Assembly (NCBI GenBank): GCA_963705705.1
Contig: CAVPKK010000005.1
Coordinates: forward strand, 64,001 to 128,000
Direction: 5' to 3'
Origin: an uncultured bacterium
GTDB lineage: Bacteria > Babelota > Babeliae > Babelales > JABCYS01
DNA: 64,000 nucleotides
Shown: piece after piece, positions 9,427 to 19,215 of the stretch
Position numbering within the stretch: position 1 is the first letter of the stretch
How the letters are laid out: each line of letters starts with the position of its first letter
Notes under the pieces: model-generated
The model's input: only the letters and a program-made list of their open reading frames with translations
The model's database searches: none
Told to the model about the DNA's origin: nothing
Translations under genes and position numbers: made by a program

Positions 9427-10605
9427 TTATGCTGATGCAATTGTTTGCCATTCATGAAGGCGTTTGCGCTGCCGGTGAACATGATTTGCCCATGCAAGAA
9501 CAAAAGTAAGACCAAAGCTTAATTGGAAATCGGCATAAAAAAGATTGGCTGGCTGCCATAATAATACTGCATAGGAAGCAACTATAATAAGATGGAGAAT
9601 CTGCGTTGGGCGATGAATAATATCCGCTCCCATTGCGAGCGCAACCATGAGCAAAGCCCGTGTAAAGGAGACAGCTGGCCAACTGATGATGCTATATAAT
9701 CCAAGATAACAACCTAAAGCTAGTTTTTTGGCGCGAAAACCAATGGGCACCAAACTAAGCAAAAATTGCAGCAGGATAACAACAATAACCAAATGTAACC
9801 CTGAGCGTGCAAGGTAGTGGCTGATGCCCCAATTATTAAACCATTGTCTGCTTTGAAATGCGGGAGAGTTTAGTTTTTCAATAAACGTCCTTTCATCTTC
9901 TTGCACAAATGAACCGGTGTCTTCAAATTTGCCCAAAAACATCAAACAAAAAAGTCTAAAAGCATCAGGATTAAGTTGTTTTTGTATGGCGGTGAGCATA
10001 TTTTTGTGAATCTCAAAAATATCGCGAGCGAAATGCCAGGCTGGTCTGTTGATGAGTGTTATGTGTATACGCTGAGCTCTAAATTTAGGTAGAGGAAATG
10101 TTCGTCTGATAGGTGAAACAGCCTGAGGGATGAGCGGTTTGTTTGATGGCCGAACATTATCAACCATAATCGTGTCACCGATTAGCACAGGGGCCGGTGA
10201 GTCAAAGGCTAATTTTATGCGCTTACCATTTTGTAAAATTATAATCTCTTGTTGCGGCGCGAATGTATAACGCTCTATTATTTGTTCAACAGTGCCAATA
10301 ATGTTGAAGGGAGCCGTTCGGGAATCATTCGATGCCGGATGAAAATGTATATAGCCGGTAGTGACTCCTAAAATCAATGAACCAATGACGCCGAGAATTG
10401 CAGATTTAGTTGGACAAACAAACAGTACAGCGGTAGCTAGAATAAAAAAAGCAGTCGCCAACATCCACGACACTCCTGCTGCAATAATAATGCCAGCGAT
10501 TAGAGCAAATGTTGCTCCAAGCAATGGATGTATATGTACCGGTATGAATAAAGACATATTGCGTCCTGCACGAATTCGAATATGCTTTGGGTCAAGACCT
10601 CTCAT
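9427..10605 (-). CDS. comEC: ComEC/Rec2-family competence membrane protein, lacking the MBL domain
   Basis: GISHYLARSGLH, SFTRA and DFQLSF motifs; multiple TM segments. Confidence 0.8.
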   Translation of the reverse strand: MRGLDPKHIRIRAGRNMSLFIPVHIHPLLGATFALIAGIIIAAGVSWMLATAFFILATAVLFVCPTKSAILGVIGSLILGVTTGYIHFHPASNDSRTAPFNIIGTVEQIIERYTFAPQQEIIILQNGKRIKLAFDSPAPVLIGDTIMVDNVRPSNKPLIPQAVSPIRRTFPLPKFRAQRIHITLINRPAWHFARDIFEIHKNMLTAIQKQLNPDAFRLFCLMFLGKFEDTGSFVQEDERTFIEKLNSPAFQSRQWFNNWGISHYLARSGLHLVIVVILLQFLLSLVPIGFRAKKLALGCYLGLYSIISWPAVSFTRALLMVALAMGADIIHRPTQILHLIIVASYAVLLWQPANLFYADFQLSFGLTFVLAWANHVHRQRKRLHEWQTIASA

Positions 10606-10676
10606 CCTGCGTGTTTTTGCGTTAGCAAAAATGTATCAAAGGAAGCGGATCAAAAAATTAATTTGGAACAAACAGT

Positions 10677-13379
10677 ATGGCCTATGTTTTTAAGGAAGTC
10701 CTCGCTAACGGACTGACTGTCCTCATTCATCCCAATCATTTGATACCTAAGGTTGCAATTCAACTGTGGTACGATGTTGGTTCCAAGGATGAACCAGAAG
10801 GTAAAAAGGGAATTGCCCATCTTATTGAACATATGGTTTTTAAGGGCACAACATCGATGTCTGAAACTGATATCAATGAAATTTGTGCCAAATTATCAGG
10901 TTCCACCAATGCTTTTACCTCATATGACTATACAGGTTTTTTATTCGAGTTTCCTACCCAGCATTGGCCCATCGCCTTTCCCTTGCTTGCTGATTGCATG
11001 CAAAATTGCACCTTTAAGCAAGATTTATTAAATGCCGAATTACGTGCGGTCATTCAAGAATTAAAGCTCTATCGCGATGACTATGGCAGTATGCTTGTTG
11101 AGGAATTGCTCGCAAAAACATTCAAAGGCTTTCCTTACGAGCATCCGATCATTGGCCATAAAGAACAATTGTGGGAAATGACGAGCGAAGATTTAAAAGA
11201 ATTTTATCATACCCACTATATTCCAAATAATGCGGTTCTTGTGGTAGTTGGCGATATTGATCCGGCAGAAGTGGTTGCTCTTGCCTATCAATATTTCGAA
11301 ATTATTCCGCCAAATTGGACCTACAAACGTAAGCCATTCGATCTTGAAAAGTTAAATTTCCAGCAACCTGTATCGGCAAGACTTCATCGCGAAGTTCAAC
11401 AGCCAGTTGGTTTGGTAAGCTATACAATGCCTGGTGCACGATCTAAGGATGATTACAGCCTTGATGTTTTAGCATGGCTTACTGGTACTGGTGTAGGTTC
11501 ACGCCTATATCAACGCCTTGTAGATCGGGAGCAATTAGCAACCGATGTTGATGCTACCACCTATGATTTGTTTGAAAAAAGCGCCTTTTTCTTGGAGTTT
11601 GTGCCAAAAGATATTAAAAATATTGATACGATTATTAATATCATCAAAGAAGAGATGAATAATATTGGGCAAGGGTTTACTGAACTTGAACTACAGCGGG
11701 CACAAAAAAAAGCAGAAAATTCATACCTTTCTTCTATTGAAGGCAATCAAAAAATTGCATTCATGCTCGGCAAATATTTTCTTTGTACGGGTGATGAGCA
11801 ATACATTTTCCATTATTTGAAACAAGATCCGGAGAATGTGCGCAAAAAAGTAATGGAGCTAGTAACCACCAATATGAAACCGGAATTTGCGAGTACCGGG
11901 GTTCTTTTACCATTTACCGATGGTGAGCGAGATGCTTGGTTCGCGCGGCAAGAAGCTGATGATGCACATGATCAGGAAATGCTTGAAAAACGGCCACGAA
12001 CCACACCGCTTGAACCGCCATTGGTAGCACCGCAAATAAAGCCGCAAGCCCCCCGCGCATTCAATTTTCCAAAGCATTTAACTATGGGCTTAGATACTGG
12101 ATTGCGCGTTTTGGTTTACAACAATCAAGAATTGCCAAAAATTGAGCTGCTTCTCGAGCTCAAAGGTCAATATGTTTACGACCCCGTAGATAAACAAGGC
12201 ATTAGTAACTTCATGAATGCTTTGTTGCTTGAAGGTACTAAAAATTATCCCGAACAGGCATTGGGCATCGCATTTGAATCATATGGTATGGAGATAAATA
12301 CCGCAGCGGGTTATATTTCTATAACCATGCTTGCAAGTGATTTGCGCAAAGGGCTCGAGTTTTTAGAAGAAATGGTGACCAATGCCACCTTTGATCCTGT
12401 TGCCATCGAGAAAGTGCGCGATCAAATTTTGGCCGAGATTCGTGCGCATTGGGATAATCCATTTGATTTCGTAGATGATTTGGTAAAGCAACAAATTTAT
12501 GGCAGTCACCCCTATAGTAAAAGCAGAGTGGGCACAGTTGATACTATAAAAAATATAACTCGTGACGATCTGCTTACGTGGTACAAGCATTTTATGAGCC
12601 CACAGGGAGCACGACTGTGCATTGTTGGTAATCTTGAGCAATACGACATTCCCCAGATTTTTTTAGAGACAATTGTTCGCTGGGAAGGACCGCCAGTTCC
12701 TGATATTGCATTCCCGTTATTGCATGTCGGGGGCGAGCAGAAAGAACACGACTATCAAATCAACCGGGATCAGATTGTACTTGGCTTTGCTGGTCTTTCT
12801 GTAACTCGTGCTGATCCAGATTACGATAAATTACTTATTGTCGACCAAATTCTTACAGGCAGCCTATTAGGCTCGATGAGCTCACGCCTTTTCCAATTGC
12901 GAGAGCAAACCGGCATGTTCTACACCATCGGTGGTTCGTTATTGATTCATGCTGATGTACAACCAGGCCTTGTATATATTAAGACGATGGTTTCACGTGA
13001 TCATGTCGATGAGGCAGAAAAGTTGATAGGAGCTACCATCGAAGGTATCGGTGAAACGATAACCGAAGAAGAATTTGCAGGGGCTCGCGACGCAATTTTA
13101 AATTCACTCGTTGATGCATTTGAAACTAACCGTTCAATGGCTCTCGCATTTCTGGTGTTGGATCGCTTTAAATTGCCACCAGATTATTTCGATCGCCGCA
13201 TTCAAGATTTTTATCACATTACCCTAGATCAAGTGAAACAAGCAGCCAATCGCGTATTGTTGGCAAATAAATTGTCAGTATTTAAAGTTGGGCGGTTACC
13301 AGGTTCGCCTATGGGGACCAAAGAGACGATATCACAAACCGATACGAGCGAGATGCCCATTGTCAAAAAAACTGACTGA
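10677..13379 (+). CDS. Two-domain M16 zinc metallopeptidase (PqqL/insulinase-like)
   Basis: GIAHLIEHMVFKGT (HXXEH), NAFTSYDYT and a C-terminal SSRLFQLRE..G..Y motif. Confidence 0.93.
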   Translation: MAYVFKEVLANGLTVLIHPNHLIPKVAIQLWYDVGSKDEPEGKKGIAHLIEHMVFKGTTSMSETDINEICAKLSGSTNAFTSYDYTGFLFEFPTQHWPIAFPLLADCMQNCTFKQDLLNAELRAVIQELKLYRDDYGSMLVEELLAKTFKGFPYEHPIIGHKEQLWEMTSEDLKEFYHTHYIPNNAVLVVVGDIDPAEVVALAYQYFEIIPPNWTYKRKPFDLEKLNFQQPVSARLHREVQQPVGLVSYTMPGARSKDDYSLDVLAWLTGTGVGSRLYQRLVDREQLATDVDATTYDLFEKSAFFLEFVPKDIKNIDTIINIIKEEMNNIGQGFTELELQRAQKKAENSYLSSIEGNQKIAFMLGKYFLCTGDEQYIFHYLKQDPENVRKKVMELVTTNMKPEFASTGVLLPFTDGERDAWFARQEADDAHDQEMLEKRPRTTPLEPPLVAPQIKPQAPRAFNFPKHLTMGLDTGLRVLVYNNQELPKIELLLELKGQYVYDPVDKQGISNFMNALLLEGTKNYPEQALGIAFESYGMEINTAAGYISITMLASDLRKGLEFLEEMVTNATFDPVAIEKVRDQILAEIRAHWDNPFDFVDDLVKQQIYGSHPYSKSRVGTVDTIKNITRDDLLTWYKHFMSPQGARLCIVGNLEQYDIPQIFLETIVRWEGPPVPDIAFPLLHVGGEQKEHDYQINRDQIVLGFAGLSVTRADPDYDKLLIVDQILTGSLLGSMSSRLFQLREQTGMFYTIGGSLLIHADVQPGLVYIKTMVSRDHVDEAEKLIGATIEGIGETITEEEFAGARDAILNSLVDAFETNRSMALAFLVLDRFKLPPDYFDRRIQDFYHITLDQVKQAANRVLLANKLSVFKVGRLPGSPMGTKETISQTDTSEMPIVKKTD

Positions 13380-14241
13380 TTTCCAGCAGCACATTTGGGA
13401 TTATTACCGCGCCAACCGTCGCGACTTTCCGTGGCGTCGCACTACTGACCCATATCATATTTTCATCTCCGAGGTGATGCTACAACAAACGCAGACATTT
13501 CGTGTCGAGCCCAAATTTAATAACTGGATTGCAGCGCTTCCAACTTTTCAATCCTTGGCTGATGCCCCATTGCGCGAAGTACTGAGTCTATGGCAAGGCC
13601 TTGGCTATAATCGCCGTGCATTGTGGTTACATCAGGCGGCTCAACGAATAATGACTGAATTTAATGGAGAGCTACCCATAAATCCAGAAATTCTAGAAAC
13701 ATTTCCTGGCATTGGTCCAAATACGGCAGCTTCCGTTTGCGCATTTGCATTTAATAAGCCAACGATTTTTATAGAAACTAATATCCGCGCTGTTTTCATT
13801 CATTTTTTCTTTACTGGCAAAGCCGAGATAAAAGACAATGAAATCCGACCGTTAGTTGAGCAAACGGTCGATCAAGAAAATCCCCGCGAATGGTATTATG
13901 CGCTGATGGATTATGGCGTGATGCTTAAAAAAAATCTGCCAAACCCAAGCAGGCGCAGCGCGCATCATGCACAACAAACTAAGTTTGAGGGCTCAGAACG
14001 GCAAATCCGCGGTCTGATTCTAAAATCATTAACTGCGCAGGCGATGGATCTGCGACGGTTGACGTTAGTTATTGATGAGCATTTGCGAGAGCGGCCAGTC
14101 TCATCTCGTAGGTACCAATTATCCATATTGGATAAAAATCGCGATGCAAAAACTAGTTCAGCTCGCATACGAAAAAATTTAGAAGATTTGTGCGCAGAAG
14201 GATTTATTGAGAAAAAAGAAAAGCAGTTCTCAATTCGCTAA
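13360..14241 (+). CDS. mutY: A/G-specific adenine glycosylase (short MutY-like, no Fe-S cysteine cluster)
   Basis: RRDFPWR, SEVMLQQTQ, WQGLGYNRRA and FPGIGPNTA (HhH). Start chosen at TTG 13360; the ORF track extends to 13288. Confidence 0.88.
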   Translation: MSKKLTDFQQHIWDYYRANRRDFPWRRTTDPYHIFISEVMLQQTQTFRVEPKFNNWIAALPTFQSLADAPLREVLSLWQGLGYNRRALWLHQAAQRIMTEFNGELPINPEILETFPGIGPNTAASVCAFAFNKPTIFIETNIRAVFIHFFFTGKAEIKDNEIRPLVEQTVDQENPREWYYALMDYGVMLKKNLPNPSRRSAHHAQQTKFEGSERQIRGLILKSLTAQAMDLRRLTLVIDEHLRERPVSSRRYQLSILDKNRDAKTSSARIRKNLEDLCAEGFIEKKEKQFSIR

Positions 14242-14254
14242 AATGAATGTGCAC

Positions 14255-14470
14255 TTAATCAGTATTCTTTTCTACACTACATTCGCATTGAGCTTTTTGT
14301 AACAATTCCAAAGCTCTTTCTAACTGCTTTTGAACTGTAGTATAGAGTCTTGTGCATTCCTTATGCCCCTTAACTTTAGCAGTGTCTTTTTTGGCAAACT
14401 GATCAATGAACCAGTCCGCGCAGGCAATGTCATGCATCAATTTTATTTTATTGTACGAACAATTATCCAT
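14255..14470 (-). CDS. Small hypothetical protein
   Basis: 71-aa ORF overlapping the murE end; predicted helical. Confidence 0.65.
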   Translation of the reverse strand: MDNCSYNKIKLMHDIACADWFIDQFAKKDTAKVKGHKECTRLYTTVQKQLERALELLQKAQCECSVEKNTD

Positions 14471-15947
14471 GGGTGATACTCCTTAAAATATCCCGTTCGC
14501 TGAAATAAATTTTTTCGCCTTTAACAATCTGATATTCATCAGGACCTTTGCCAAGCAAAGCAATGATCGCATTCGGCTTCGCGTTTGCAAAAGCAAGTTT
14601 TATAGCTTGCTCGCGGTCTAATTCCAGAATGACTTTATGTTGTAATTCTTTTGGTATACCCGAAATTATTTGTTCGCAAATATGTGCTGGATCTTCCGAG
14701 CGCGGGTTATCGGTAGTTATAATTGCCAAGTCGGCAGCTTCTGCCGCAATATAGCCCATGACCGGGCGCTTAGTTGCATCTCGATCGCCGCCACAGCCAA
14801 ATACCACAATAACTTGAGATGCGATTGATTTTAGCGTTGGCAATAATGCCTGGAATGAGGAAGGATTATGCGCATAATCGATAACGCCTAAGATGCCGTT
14901 GGGTAATTGATAACGTTCCATGCGTCCAGGAACTGAACTGAATGTTGCTAATCCCTGCGCCAATTGTTCTGTGTTGAGACCACATTGATGTGCCATGCTC
15001 AATACGCCAAGCAAATTGTAGATGTTGTACGTGCCTATGAGTGCAGGTGAAAAAAAATCAGTTTTTTTGCCATCGATAGACATACTGAGTTTGATGCCTT
15101 GTGCAGTATCAGCAATTACCTTTCCAATGATCGCACGCATTGACTGAAATTTAATCCAGCTTGCATCAAGTCCGAGGCCGAACGGGGTGTATGGATGTTG
15201 TTGAAGTAATTTTTGACCCCAGGCATCATCGGCGTTAACAAATACGTTAGCATGATCTTTGATGCCTGTAAGCAATTGGCATTTGGCAGCAAAATAATCA
15301 TCGAGATTTTGATAAAACTCACCATGTTCTTGTGAGAAGTTGGTAAAAATAATGCCATCGAATTCAATACCATCTACGCGATGTAGCGTGGCGGCTTGAG
15401 CGGACAATTCCATGATTACGATATTTTTATCGCCTTCATTGTTGTGCTCTAAAAACTGAGCCAAGAACATATGCAAGTAATCTGGCTGCGTTGTTGTCAG
15501 CGACGTTGGGAAAATAGTTTCATTAATTTGATTGCGGACCGTGCTGAGCAAGGCAACATTGTATCCTGCGCTGCGGAACAAATGATGAAGTAAAAAAGCG
15601 GATGTAGTTTTTCCTTTTGTTCCGGTTATACCAATAATTTTTAATTTTTTTGCTGGATGATTCCAAGCTTCGGCTGATAGCTTGGCAAGCGCCGCACGCG
15701 CATTTGGAACATATGAGATAGTTGCATTGCTTGTGCGAATAATCTCTAAAATTGCATCATTAATTAAAACGGACTTTTCGGCAATGATAGTCTGAGCGCC
15801 GCGCGCCAATGCCATTGGAATGTATTTTGCGCCATCTTCCTTTGCGCCTTTAATAACGACAAATATGCTGCCTGGCCCCACGTGGTCGGTATGGCTGGTA
15901 ACCGGATATATTTGAGGAAGTCTGTTAGTGTTTGTGCTCATATGCAA
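14463..15947 (-). CDS. murE: UDP-N-acetylmuramoyl-L-alanyl-D-glutamate--diaminopimelate ligase
   Basis: GITGTKGKTT, IDYAHNP, VFGCGGDRD..KRP.MG and DNPR (meso-DAP-type specificity motif). Confidence 0.95.
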   Translation of the reverse strand: MHMSTNTNRLPQIYPVTSHTDHVGPGSIFVVIKGAKEDGAKYIPMALARGAQTIIAEKSVLINDAILEIIRTSNATISYVPNARAALAKLSAEAWNHPAKKLKIIGITGTKGKTTSAFLLHHLFRSAGYNVALLSTVRNQINETIFPTSLTTTQPDYLHMFLAQFLEHNNEGDKNIVIMELSAQAATLHRVDGIEFDGIIFTNFSQEHGEFYQNLDDYFAAKCQLLTGIKDHANVFVNADDAWGQKLLQQHPYTPFGLGLDASWIKFQSMRAIIGKVIADTAQGIKLSMSIDGKKTDFFSPALIGTYNIYNLLGVLSMAHQCGLNTEQLAQGLATFSSVPGRMERYQLPNGILGVIDYAHNPSSFQALLPTLKSIASQVIVVFGCGGDRDATKRPVMGYIAAEAADLAIITTDNPRSEDPAHICEQIISGIPKELQHKVILELDREQAIKLAFANAKPNAIIALLGKGPDEYQIVKGEKIYFSERDILRSITHG

Positions 15948-17250
15948 TCAACTCTTTGCGCATTGTTGGCAACAGCCACAACATACCAAATAAGTTAATG
16001 CCTAGCAGTCCAGCATTAATAATATCGGCAGCATTCCAAATAATTTTTACTGAGGCCAGCGGACCGAGCGCTGCTACTAAAACATAGAGCACATTAAACA
16101 CCATTAAATATTTGCCGCCAGATAAATAGAGCCAGCATTGACGAGTGATGAACGCATATGCAACTGTCACACCCAGTCCGAACGTAATGGACAAGAATGA
16201 AACGATATAGTCTCCCCATACACCAAACACAGTACTGTATGCTTTGCTGGTGAGCGCTGTGCTATCGAGCCCAGAATTCCATACGCCACTTGCCACAATA
16301 AGTAACATGGTTGAGAAGCATACAAGGTTTGCGCTGATGAATGTCGTGAGCATAGCCATGGTGCCTTCACGTACCGGTATTGTACCGCGCGTTGCACCAA
16401 AGAAGATCGCTGCTGTTCCTAATCCCGCCTCGCTCGCATTTGAAATTCGAGAAAAGCCGTAGCGCATTGCCATTTGCATGCTATAACCAACTGCTGCTCC
16501 CGAGACTGCTTTGCCATCGAATGCGCTCATCACAATAAGTTTAAGTGCCGGCAATAATGCTGCCCAGTGATATGCGAGTGCAATGATCATTGATACGAAG
16601 AAGAGGCCAACTTTTACCGGAACGATCGCATCGGAGATCTTAATGATCCGTTCAGCACCGCCAAAAACAACATACGAAATGAACACGAGTAAAGCGAGAG
16701 CAACATACAACGGATTTATATGCATAGAATGTTGGAGTGCAACGCCAATTGAGTTTGATTGCATGCTGCAACCGATTGCAAAACCAAGCATCATGCAGAA
16801 GAATGCGTAGCCAACAGTAAGCCATTTGCCGCCAGGAACGCGACTCAAATAAATCATAGGCCCGCCGAGTACTGCACTACCAGCAGGAGCTGTAAAGTAG
16901 GTGGCAAGAAACACCTCGCCGAAACGGAATGCCATGCTCAGTAGTCCAAGTACAAAAACCCAAAAGGCAGCTCCTGGCCCACCCGCTACTACTGCGGTCG
17001 CCATACCAGCGATACTGCCGTTGCCAACCGAGGCACTGAGTGCGTTTAGAAATGCTGAAAGAGAAGACATCTCGGATCCGGCTCCGGTTTTTGGCGGATG
17101 CAAGAGTTGTTTCCAGGCTGTTGCGAAATAGCGGAATTGTACGAATCTAAGCGCAACTGTGATAATTATGGCGGCGGCTCCCGTGTATATTACGAGCGGC
17201 CAACCCCACAACCAACCATTTAGACCATCGATAATTGAATCTAGTAACAT
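15925..17250 (-). CDS. Sodium:alanine/glycine symporter (AGCS family)
   Basis: VGNGSIAG..TA...GGPGA.FW, GGPM.Y and SEAGLGTA. Confidence 0.92.
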   Translation of the reverse strand: MLLDSIIDGLNGWLWGWPLVIYTGAAAIIITVALRFVQFRYFATAWKQLLHPPKTGAGSEMSSLSAFLNALSASVGNGSIAGMATAVVAGGPGAAFWVFVLGLLSMAFRFGEVFLATYFTAPAGSAVLGGPMIYLSRVPGGKWLTVGYAFFCMMLGFAIGCSMQSNSIGVALQHSMHINPLYVALALLVFISYVVFGGAERIIKISDAIVPVKVGLFFVSMIIALAYHWAALLPALKLIVMSAFDGKAVSGAAVGYSMQMAMRYGFSRISNASEAGLGTAAIFFGATRGTIPVREGTMAMLTTFISANLVCFSTMLLIVASGVWNSGLDSTALTSKAYSTVFGVWGDYIVSFLSITFGLGVTVAYAFITRQCWLYLSGGKYLMVFNVLYVLVAALGPLASVKIIWNAADIINAGLLGINLFGMLWLLPTMRKELIAYEHKH

Positions 17251-17305
17251 GTTCTTCTCTCTAAAGGCACGATCTTTATTTTACATGCCGACTTTGAGCT
17301 GTCTT

Positions 17306-17342
17306 TGCGCTCTGATCCTTCGATCAACTCAGGATGAGCGCA
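17306..17342 (+). repeat. Palindromic element type A (simple, 37 bp)
   Basis: TGCGCTCTGATCCTTCGATCAACTCAGGATGAGCGCA with terminal inverted repeats. Confidence 0.85.
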
Positions 17343-17467
17343 GATTGCTCAAGCTGTTGAATGGAAGGGCTGTCTTGAAGTCGGAATGAAACAGTGATAC
17401 GCGTGCCAATTTTTTTGTAATAATACCGTCGCAAAGCTTATCGAGAAAATATAACGGAGCAACAACC

Positions 17468-17884
17468 ATGAGCAAAGTAGTTGGATTAGATATCGGGGAT
17501 CAATGGACGGGAATAGCAATCTCGGATGCATCAGGCTTGCTTGCACGCCCATTAAAATCAATAAGAACAGCGGACCTTGATGCGGAAATTGAACAGCTAT
17601 TGCGTACTGAACGCATAACCACCTTCGTCGTAGGCGAACCAAAAACGTTGCGCGGAACATTAAGTGAGCAAACCAAAAAGGTTCTTGACCATAAAGAGCA
17701 ATTAGCTATTCGCTTCCCGATGGTTGATTGGCAGTTATGGGATGAGCGTTTTTCCAGCAAACAAGCCCAACAATTGCATAGGGGGCGCAAGCAAACCGAT
17801 AAAAACTTTGAACATGCGGTCGCCGCGGCCTTTATTTTGCAAGGATATTTGGAGTATAAACGAGCACAGGCAGAGCGCTTTTAG
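17468..17884 (+). CDS. ruvX: Holliday junction resolvase-like nuclease YqgF/RuvX
   Basis: VGLDIG...TGIAISD, VVGEP, WDERFSS and AAAFILQGYL. Confidence 0.92.
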   Translation: MSKVVGLDIGDQWTGIAISDASGLLARPLKSIRTADLDAEIEQLLRTERITTFVVGEPKTLRGTLSEQTKKVLDHKEQLAIRFPMVDWQLWDERFSSKQAQQLHRGRKQTDKNFEHAVAAAFILQGYLEYKRAQAERF

Positions 17885-17960
17885 TTTTACCACTAACAAA
17901 CCCTTGCTTTTCCCCTGTTGGTTTCATTACACTTATTTCGGACAATTTCAATACCAAAGC

Positions 17961-17988
17961 TTGACAACGGAAACTATTAACATAGATT
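17961..17988 (+). promoter_or_regulatory. Sigma70-type promoter upstream of the long leader of 18158..18343
   Basis: TTGACA-N16-TAGATT. Confidence 0.45.
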
Positions 17989-18000
17989 TGCATTACGAGC

Positions 18001-18040
18001 ACTCTATGTCCTTTGGCAGGGCTCGGGACGAGCGGAGAGT
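18001..18040 (+). repeat. Degenerate palindromic-element copy
   Basis: ACTCT-ATGTCCTTTGGCAGGGCTCGGGACGAGCGG-AGAGT resembles the CCTTCGACAGGCTCAGGACGAGCGG consensus. Confidence 0.55.
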
Positions 18041-18157
18041 CAAGTCCTAGGGTGGCGGTGAAGTAAAATGAGCGTAGCGAGTCTGGGTAGTGGTGTGAGC
18101 CTTGGCACGCGTAGTGAAGTTTGAACGACTGAGTCGTTAAAAAAGAGGGAGTGGGCC

Positions 18158-18343
18158 ATGAAATGCAAGAAGTGTTCCGGTCTTATGGTTTTGCAAACGT
18201 TTTTTGATCATTTTGTAAACTTTAATGGTTGGAAATGTTTAAACTGCGGTAAAGTTATTACCCGCAAAGAACGTACTATCGAATCTGATGCGTTCTCAAT
18301 GTTTTATCAGCAGCAAAAGTGCAAAAACGAACCAAATAAATAA
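18158..18343 (+). CDS. Small zinc-ribbon protein
   Basis: CKKC...CLNCG; strong SD sequence GAGGGAG upstream. Confidence 0.8.
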   Translation: MKCKKCSGLMVLQTFFDHFVNFNGWKCLNCGKVITRKERTIESDAFSMFYQQQKCKNEPNK

Positions 18344-18346
18344 TTT

Positions 18347-19207
18347 ATGCATCTCATTATCCAGCATACCGAGCAGACAGTAGAAATTGCCCTTTTTGAT
18401 AACGCTCAGTGCCGCGGATCCGTTGCCGTTGAGAAATCAGCCGCAAGCGCCCTTCTTATCCCAAAAATTCAAGAATTACTCACAACAAACAATTTACAAC
18501 TATCTGATCTTGATTTTATCGCCGCCAATGCCGGCCCAGGACCATTTACTACTCTCCGAACTATATTGGCCACCGTAAACGGGCTGGGATATGCAGTAAG
18601 CATTCCATTAATCGGTATTGATGGTCTTGATGCCATGTTGGATGAGGTAAATCCTTCGATAGTCCTGAGCCTGTCGAAGGGTGCTAACGCAAAACACTTC
18701 CGCCGACGCACTAGTCCGCTAAGTGACCTTCAACGCGCTCATCCTGAGTTTATCGAAGGATCAAAGCGCGAAAATGAGCTATGTCGAGACTTTGCAGGAC
18801 GATCGGGTCTTGTATATATGGCATTATTCAATGCATTTGCTGGCGATTTATATTTCGGAATTGATGCAAATGACAAACGAACAAAAGGCTGGAAACCTCA
18901 TCGCCAACTGTTTGAAGAAATAAAGGCGCATTATGACCCTTCGATACATTTTGCTGACGCAAAACACTCAGGGCGAACGGCCAGTAAAGTTATTTTTGTA
19001 GGTAGCGGAGTTCTGTTATATAAAGATCTGATTGTCGAATTATTCGGAGCTCAAGCGATTCCAGATCCACTGCCGATGCATCCGTCATTAGACACATTGA
19101 ATGGCGTTGCGCTGAGACTGTTCGAACACAAACAAATCAGCGACCAACTCTTGCCGTTGTATCTAAAAACGCCGACTGTTACTAATAAGACTGTTCACTT
19201 TGTGTAA
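18347..19207 (+). CDS. tsaB: tRNA threonylcarbamoyladenosine biosynthesis protein TsaB with two repeat-derived insertions
   Basis: LIPKIQELL, AGPGPFTTLR, VIFVGSG and LLPLYLK; 286 aa, longer than typical TsaB. Confidence 0.9.
   Translation: MHLIIQHTEQTVEIALFDNAQCRGSVAVEKSAASALLIPKIQELLTTNNLQLSDLDFIAANAGPGPFTTLRTILATVNGLGYAVSIPLIGIDGLDAMLDEVNPSIVLSLSKGANAKHFRRRTSPLSDLQRAHPEFIEGSKRENELCRDFAGRSGLVYMALFNAFAGDLYFGIDANDKRTKGWKPHRQLFEEIKAHYDPSIHFADAKHSGRTASKVIFVGSGVLLYKDLIVELFGAQAIPDPLPMHPSLDTLNGVALRLFEHKQISDQLLPLYLKTPTVTNKTVHFV
18652..18806. repeat. Nested palindromic elements, in frame within tsaB
   Basis: A type B element (CCTTCGATA..GCTAACGCAAAACACT..CAGGACGATCGG) is interrupted by GTCCTGAGCCTGTCGAAGG and by a segment holding a reversed type A copy (18734-18770). 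Confidence 0.8.
18937..18980 (+). repeat. Palindromic element type B, in frame within tsaB
   Basis: CCCTTCGATACATTTTGCTGACGCAAAACACTCAGGGCGAACGG, near-identical to the intergenic copy at 60308-60359. Confidence 0.9.
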
Positions 19208-19215
19208 TCTTCGGC

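Noticed and set aside
9860..9925. Repeat-derived insertion in comEC
   Set aside because: The loop looks long, but DNA similarity to the element consensus is too weak.
17251..17400. Glycine riboswitch upstream of the AGCS symporter
   Set aside because: No glycine-aptamer consensus; the hairpin is explained by a type A element. The flanking GCTGTCTT direct repeat does not abut both element ends, so it was not called a target-site duplication.
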